Shown: positions 60,223 through 64,000 of the stretch, in pieces
Layout of the letters: the number at the start of each line of letters is the position of its first letter
How positions within the stretch are numbered: position 1 is the stretch's first letter
Made by a program: the position numbers and the translations under genes
Notes under the pieces: generated by a model
Databases searched by the model: none
Told to the model about the DNA's origin: nothing
What the model saw: only the letters and a program-made list of their open reading frames with translations
Virus record (IMG/VR): IMGVR_UViG_3300032246_001270
Origin: a virus
Length of the DNA: 64,000 bases
Direction: 5' to 3' (one strand)

Positions 60223-60594
60223 TTATTGTAGATTAACTAATTTGTATTTTGTAGAGTATAAAAGTTGTGAAATGTTATCTATTTGGTTTTGTATCCAAGA
60301 ATCTTGCAATTTAGAATCTTTTCTTTCATTTTCTAAAAATGTACAAAGATTTGTAAAATATTTGATTATATTTTCAACAGAAGCATCATTATCTAAATTG
60401 TTTACTTCTTTGAATTCTATGATTCCGTATTTTCCTTGGTATGATTCTACCAAACCATCAATTATACCTACTATTTCATCATAGTATATATTTAGTGCAG
60501 AATGTGCTGCAAATGCTCCCGGTCCTTTTACTCTTAGATGAAATACATGCGCTTGTGTGCGGCTGTGAAAAAACATTGATGCGATTCTTTCCAT
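60223..60594 (-). CDS. Ferritin/Dps-like four-helix protein
   Basis: H..H...H.AL..YY...D.L.E.YQG pattern. Start reassigned to ATG 60594 (MERIAS); motif at 60616-60623. Confidence 0.7.
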   Translation of the reverse strand: MERIASMFFHSRTQAHVFHLRVKGPGAFAAHSALNIYYDEIVGIIDGLVESYQGKYGIIEFKEVNNLDNDASVENIIKYFTNLCTFLENERKDSKLQDSWIQNQIDNISQLLYSTKYKLVNLQ

Positions 60595-60599
60595 AATTA

Positions 60600-61337
60600 T
60601 TAGTCTTCTTGTTCTAATAAATATTGTTCTTCCCAAAAATCATTACTTTTAGATGTAATCATTCCATAATCCAAATAATCATTTAACATTTTAGTTTGAT
60701 GTTTCTTCATTTCATTTACTACTTTTGTAATATAATGTGTTTTACAATCTGTCATTTCTCTGATTAAAAGATATAGATGTTTTTTGTTAAAATTTTCAAT
60801 ATGTTGTGACCTTCTGAATAGTTCTAACACTGCATCTGCTATTTGTATATCTCTTTTCTTTGTAAATACTCTAGTAAGGTTTTGGTCCCAATACTTTAAC
60901 ATAAGGTCTTTAAATTCACTTAATTCTTCACCAAACTGAACTTCTTTAAAATCATCTTCAGGATTCCAACTTTCAGGCATTTCTGAAAGTAGAGATGTTT
61001 TTTTAAAACGTTTATAATTTCCGTTATTTTTAAGGATTAAATGATTTTTTGCTACAATAGAAAAATAAGAAAATGCTTTTCCTTTACCTTCTTGAAACAT
61101 ATGTATCTTTTCAATTAAAGTAGATACTACTTCCATTTGAACATCTTCTTTACTTACATCAAAATAAGAAAACTTAAATGTATTAAGAATATTTTCTGCT
61201 AATTTTTCAAAAGCATATTGAATTCTATTTTTATATAAATCGTTTTTTTCTCTTTGTGATGTTGATTTGTTATATGCAATGATAGCCTGTTCGGTATCCA
61301 TTGTAAAATAAACTTTACTTTTCTTTTTACGAGGCAT
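60600..61337 (-). CDS. Phage sigma factor, T4 gp55-like (probable late sigma)
   Basis: KLAENI...F, EDVQME and KIHMFQEGKGKAFSYFSIVAKNHL (region 2); C-terminal HTH-like segment. Confidence 0.7.
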   Translation of the reverse strand: MPRKKKSKVYFTMDTEQAIIAYNKSTSQREKNDLYKNRIQYAFEKLAENILNTFKFSYFDVSKEDVQMEVVSTLIEKIHMFQEGKGKAFSYFSIVAKNHLILKNNGNYKRFKKTSLLSEMPESWNPEDDFKEVQFGEELSEFKDLMLKYWDQNLTRVFTKKRDIQIADAVLELFRRSQHIENFNKKHLYLLIREMTDCKTHYITKVVNEMKKHQTKMLNDYLDYGMITSKSNDFWEEQYLLEQED

Positions 61338-61339
61338 TA

Positions 61340-61621
61340 TTAAATTTCAGTTTTATAAGATTCTATTGTGTCTTTTAGTTGAGTAAACACAACCCCAACT
61401 TCATCATCTGATTCAAAAGAGCCACCTAAATCTATTTCTTTCATTTCTGCTAACATATTTTCTAATGTTATTAAAGTGTTATCTTGCCTCATATCATAAT
61501 CCTCTATGATATCATTTAATTGCTCATTTTGTTTTACATATGATATACCTCTAATTAATAAAATTATATTAAGTATTATAGAAGCCGGTAATAAGATTAT
61601 TATTAGGAAGGTTTGGAACAT
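61340..61621 (-). CDS. Hypothetical membrane-anchored protein
   Basis: N-terminal TM helix; ID.GGSFESDDEVG. Confidence 0.55.
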   Translation of the reverse strand: MFQTFLIIILLPASIILNIILLIRGISYVKQNEQLNDIIEDYDMRQDNTLITLENMLAEMKEIDLGGSFESDDEVGVVFTQLKDTIESYKTEI

Positions 61622-61647
61622 AATTATAGTTTTTAAAATATATTATA

Positions 61648-61679
61648 CAAATATACAACTTTTTATTGAAACTACCAAA
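61648..61679 (-). promoter_or_regulatory. Bacteroidota housekeeping-sigma promoter upstream of the sigma-factor operon
   Basis: Minus strand reads TTTG-GTAGTTTCAATAAAAAGTTG-TATATTTG (20-nt spacer). Confidence 0.8.
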
Positions 61680-61680
61680 T

Positions 61681-61911
61681 TTAAGCTTCTCCAATTTGAT
61701 TTGAATAAAATCCTTTACTTAAAAAATCTACGGAAGCTTCTTCTTTAGCTTTGTTAATTTCATCATTTACCCATTCCATTTTAGAAACAAATCGGGCATC
61801 AAGTTTTTCTTCCTTTACCTTTTTTGTTTCAATTAATTCATCGACTAGAGCTTCTACTAACATTTGTAATACTAATATTCTTTCATTTTGTTTTTGTAAT
61901 AATTCTTTCAT
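61681..61911 (-). CDS. Hypothetical protein
   Basis: 76-aa ORF overlapping the upstream gene by ATGA. Confidence 0.55.
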   Translation of the reverse strand: MKELLQKQNERILVLQMLVEALVDELIETKKVKEEKLDARFVSKMEWVNDEINKAKEEASVDFLSKGFYSNQIGEA

Positions 61912-62153
61912 GCTAATTGGATTGAGCCGGAGTAGGCGTTTTCAAATATTGAATTTAATTCTTGTTCTACATTTCTAAGATATTCCTGTCCAAATGCTTT
62001 CTTTACCGATAACGATGTATATCCCATAGCTCCTGCCATTCGAATACACATTCTTTTGTATTCCCAAACATCCATATCGTTTGGTACTTCAAATTCTATT
62101 TTAGAGGCTTCTCTATTTTCTTGTTCTTCAATGATAAATATTAATTTTGCCAT
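61908..62153 (-). CDS. Hypothetical protein
   Basis: 81-aa ORF; IEFEVPNDM...MAGAMGY. Confidence 0.55.
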   Translation of the reverse strand: MAKLIFIIEEQENREASKIEFEVPNDMDVWEYKRMCIRMAGAMGYTSLSVKKAFGQEYLRNVEQELNSIFENAYSGSIQLA

Positions 62154-62162
62154 TTGTTAAAA

Positions 62163-62735
62163 TTAAATTAAGTTCCATCCTTTTTCTAGGTAAGAATCAA
62201 CCTTTTTACTTTTTACAAATTCCATTTCACCAGCTGGTCCTTGCAACATAACTCTTTCGTTTCTACCTGGCTCTTTATCCTTTATAACAGTTTCAGAATA
62301 TTGACGAGTTATATGTGTGATATCTATACCATTTATTGCATCAATTAATCTTTGTACTAATACAGCTTCTAATAATCCTTTATCTCCAAAAAATTCATCA
62401 GAATCTTTCCAGTCATTTTTTTCTGCTTTAAATTCAACTCTACCTAAATTATCGGTAGTTATTATTACATATGGATATCTGATAGTTTTACGAACTTTAT
62501 TTTTGTTTGTATCTTTTTCAAAATAAACTAAAGGTTGTTCTGATGTTTTTTCTATTACAGGATTTACTAATGTTAGTTCATCATCTACATTACCTAATCT
62601 AATTGTTACAATTCTTTTATCAATATTTACATCAGCTGCTGTAAACATAAATCCTTCCAATTTAGATATAGCTTCTTTATATGCACTTATATCTTCTGCT
62701 GTTATTGGTGATTCATTAATTTTTTCTACTTTCAT
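62163..62735 (-). CDS. Degenerate peptide deformylase homologue
   Basis: AADVNIDKRIV, LVNPVI, KTIRY and EAVLVQRLIDAING, but no HExxH or EGCLS. Confidence 0.7.
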   Translation of the reverse strand: MKVEKINESPITAEDISAYKEAISKLEGFMFTAADVNIDKRIVTIRLGNVDDELTLVNPVIEKTSEQPLVYFEKDTNKNKVRKTIRYPYVIITTDNLGRVEFKAEKNDWKDSDEFFGDKGLLEAVLVQRLIDAINGIDITHITRQYSETVIKDKEPGRNERVMLQGPAGEMEFVKSKKVDSYLEKGWNLI

Positions 62736-62904
62736 TATTTTTGTTTTTAATATATTCTTCTATTTTTTGTGTTATATAATCTATTGTACCTTCGGGTCCT
62801 TCAAATCCCATATATTTCATATATATTTTAATTTTATTAGGATTTTCTTCTAATTCTTTTTTTAATTCTTCTAATGAAGGAAGGTGTGCGGTTATATATG
62901 TCAT
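62716..62904 (-). CDS. Hypothetical protein
   Basis: 62-aa ORF coupled to both neighbours. Confidence 0.5.
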   Translation of the reverse strand: MTYITAHLPSLEELKKELEENPNKIKIYMKYMGFEGPEGTIDYITQKIEEYIKNKNNESRKN

Positions 62905-63293
62905 TATTCTAAATCTTGAGGTCCATTTCTATAAACTCTATAACTATCTTCATCAAAATGCTCCGTACTTACTTCCATAATAGTTGCTCCTTCGGACAGT
63001 GCTATTAATTGATGAGGTAATCCTTTCTCAATATAAACTACATCACCTTCTTGTAATTGTGTGTAGTTTCTTTCAGCTGCTTCAGTATCTATCCAATCAA
63101 ATTGAAATGCTCCTTTTTGAACATACCAAGTTTCATTCTTTAACATATGATAATGCATTGAGAACTTATTTCCAGATTGTGTAAATATTAATAACTTTCC
63201 ACAATATTGATTATCGTTATGAATCCATAGTTCATAACCCCATTTTTTTTCAACTCTTTTTGGTTGTTTAATTTTTACATCAAAATTTGCCAT
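62904..63293 (-). CDS. Cupin, mannose-6-phosphate isomerase type II-like
   Basis: VEKKWGYE, SMHYH..KNETWYV, GD...I..G.PH and EVST. Confidence 0.75.
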   Translation of the reverse strand: MANFDVKIKQPKRVEKKWGYELWIHNDNQYCGKLLIFTQSGNKFSMHYHMLKNETWYVQKGAFQFDWIDTEAAERNYTQLQEGDVVYIEKGLPHQLIALSEGATIMEVSTEHFDEDSYRVYRNGPQDLE

Positions 63294-63299
63294 AATATT

Positions 63300-64000
63300 T
63301 TAATTTGATAAAGGTGCTTTAATTGCTGGGTGTGATTGATATCCTTCTAATATAAAATCCTCCGGAGTATTACAACATATACCATCTATTTTTGCATTTG
63401 TTTTTAACTTTGGTAAATCAAATGGTTCTCTACTAATTTGTTCTTTGGCTTGCTCAATATGATTTAAATACAAATGAGTATCACCCAAATTACCAATCAA
63501 TTCATCAGGTATCATATCCACTTCGTTTGCTATAATATGAAGTAATAATCCATATGAAGCAATATTAAATGGTAATCCTAAAAATGTATCTACACTTCTT
63601 TGATTCCACATTAAAGAAATATATCTTTTACCATCTTGTTCTCTTGTCCAAATTTGGAATCCATAATGGCAAGGTGGTAGTACCATTTGGTCTAACTCAC
63701 CTACATTCCAAGCTGATACCATTAATCTTCTACTATCCGGATTCTCTTTTAAGTTTCTTACTAATTCATCTATTTGGTCAATCTTACCATTTTCACCTTG
63801 CCATTGTCTCCATTGTTTTCCATAAATAGGTCCTAATTCACCATCGGTTCTTCCACTCTTATTATAATCACCATCCCAAATATGATTGTTATGTTTATGT
63901 AAGAAAGCAATATTAGTTTGGCCTGTTAAAAACCAAAGTAGTTCTGATACAATTTGCTTCCATGCCATTTTCTTTGTAGTAAGTAGTGGAAACCCCTCAC
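63300..64000 (-). CDS. thyA: Thymidylate synthase, 5' end outside the window
   Basis: FPLLTTKK (upstream of the track start), ELLWFL, LGPIYGKQWR, LPPCH, QRSVD..LGLPFN and GDTHLY. Confidence 0.95.
   Translation of the reverse strand, partial: EGFPLLTTKKMAWKQIVSELLWFLTGQTNIAFLHKHNNHIWDGDYNKSGRTDGELGPIYGKQWRQWQGENGKIDQIDELVRNLKENPDSRRLMVSAWNVGELDQMVLPPCHYGFQIWTREQDGKRYISLMWNQRSVDTFLGLPFNIASYGLLLHIIANEVDMIPDELIGNLGDTHLYLNHIEQAKEQISREPFDLPKLKTNAKIDGICCNTPEDFILEGYQSHPAIKAPLSN

Larger units (their letters stand above)
1327..60623 (-). promoter_or_regulatory. Family of putative late promoters, coding-strand TATTTAT(A)/TACTTATA (dispersed sites, not one continuous element)
   Basis: Plus-strand (T)ATAA(A/G)TA at 1327, 3180, 5510, 8941, 9415, 13107, 21292, 26469, 27441, 29417, 34716, 41199, 45198, 47484, 51663, 54342, 60177 and 60616. 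Each lies shortly upstream of a minus-strand start, mostly 5-45 nt. Confidence 0.75.

Noticed and set aside
492-63829. Many short plus-strand ORFs in the track
   Set aside because: They lie antisense to well-supported minus-strand genes and have the F/L/S/I-rich composition typical of shadow frames.
63300-64000. Thymidylate synthase as a base-modifying dCMP hydroxymethylase feeding the glycosyltransferases
   Set aside because: It keeps the dUMP-specific Asn (GLPFN) and canonical ThyA motifs.
1-64000. Stop-codon reassignment, tRNA genes, introns or inteins
   Set aside because: Conserved genes are full length in the standard code, intergenic gaps are short, and no cloverleaf or intein motifs were seen by eye. 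A tRNAscan/Infernal run would be needed to exclude small RNAs fully.

Overview
The window is a 64 kb, AT-rich, gene-dense piece of a large contractile-tailed (myovirus-type) dsDNA phage. Nearly all genes are on the minus strand. The host is probably Bacteroidota: there are three exact TTTG-N20-TAnnTTTG promoters, T9SS-CTD-like domains and D-(S/T)-x glycosylation sequons. From left to right it holds: a T4-like portal and large terminase; a 1128-aa multidomain protein (HIGH nucleotidyltransferase plus an RNA-ligase-like domain); two glycosyltransferase genes (a TibC/Aah-type heptosyltransferase and a GT4-methyltransferase-GT25 fusion) beside a 2527-aa tail fibre; an Mre11-Rad50 fusion, primase and GIY-YIG nuclease; a baseplate module (gpI-, gp6-, gp25- and gp5-like proteins and two cell-wall hydrolases); small proteins sharing an N-terminal M-I-K-L-x-x-(L/I)-L-x-E tag; an envelope-directed region (outer-membrane barrels, LpxH-like, GT2, two CsgG-like proteins, cohesin/dockerin proteins, CTD-like lipoproteins); and a gp55-like sigma factor, a degenerate peptide deformylase, a cupin and thyA. 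Three candidate new systems stand out. (1) Virion O-glycosylation, marked by a strongly enriched (S/T)-(G/A/Q/S)-S motif in peripheral tail proteins. (2) A capsid-targeting, protease-activated cargo system that includes an Ntn-hydrolase whose catalytic Cys sits directly behind the predicted cleavage site. (3) A phage-encoded CsgG/cohesin-dockerin surface-display module. All family assignments come from motifs recognised by eye; no searches were run.
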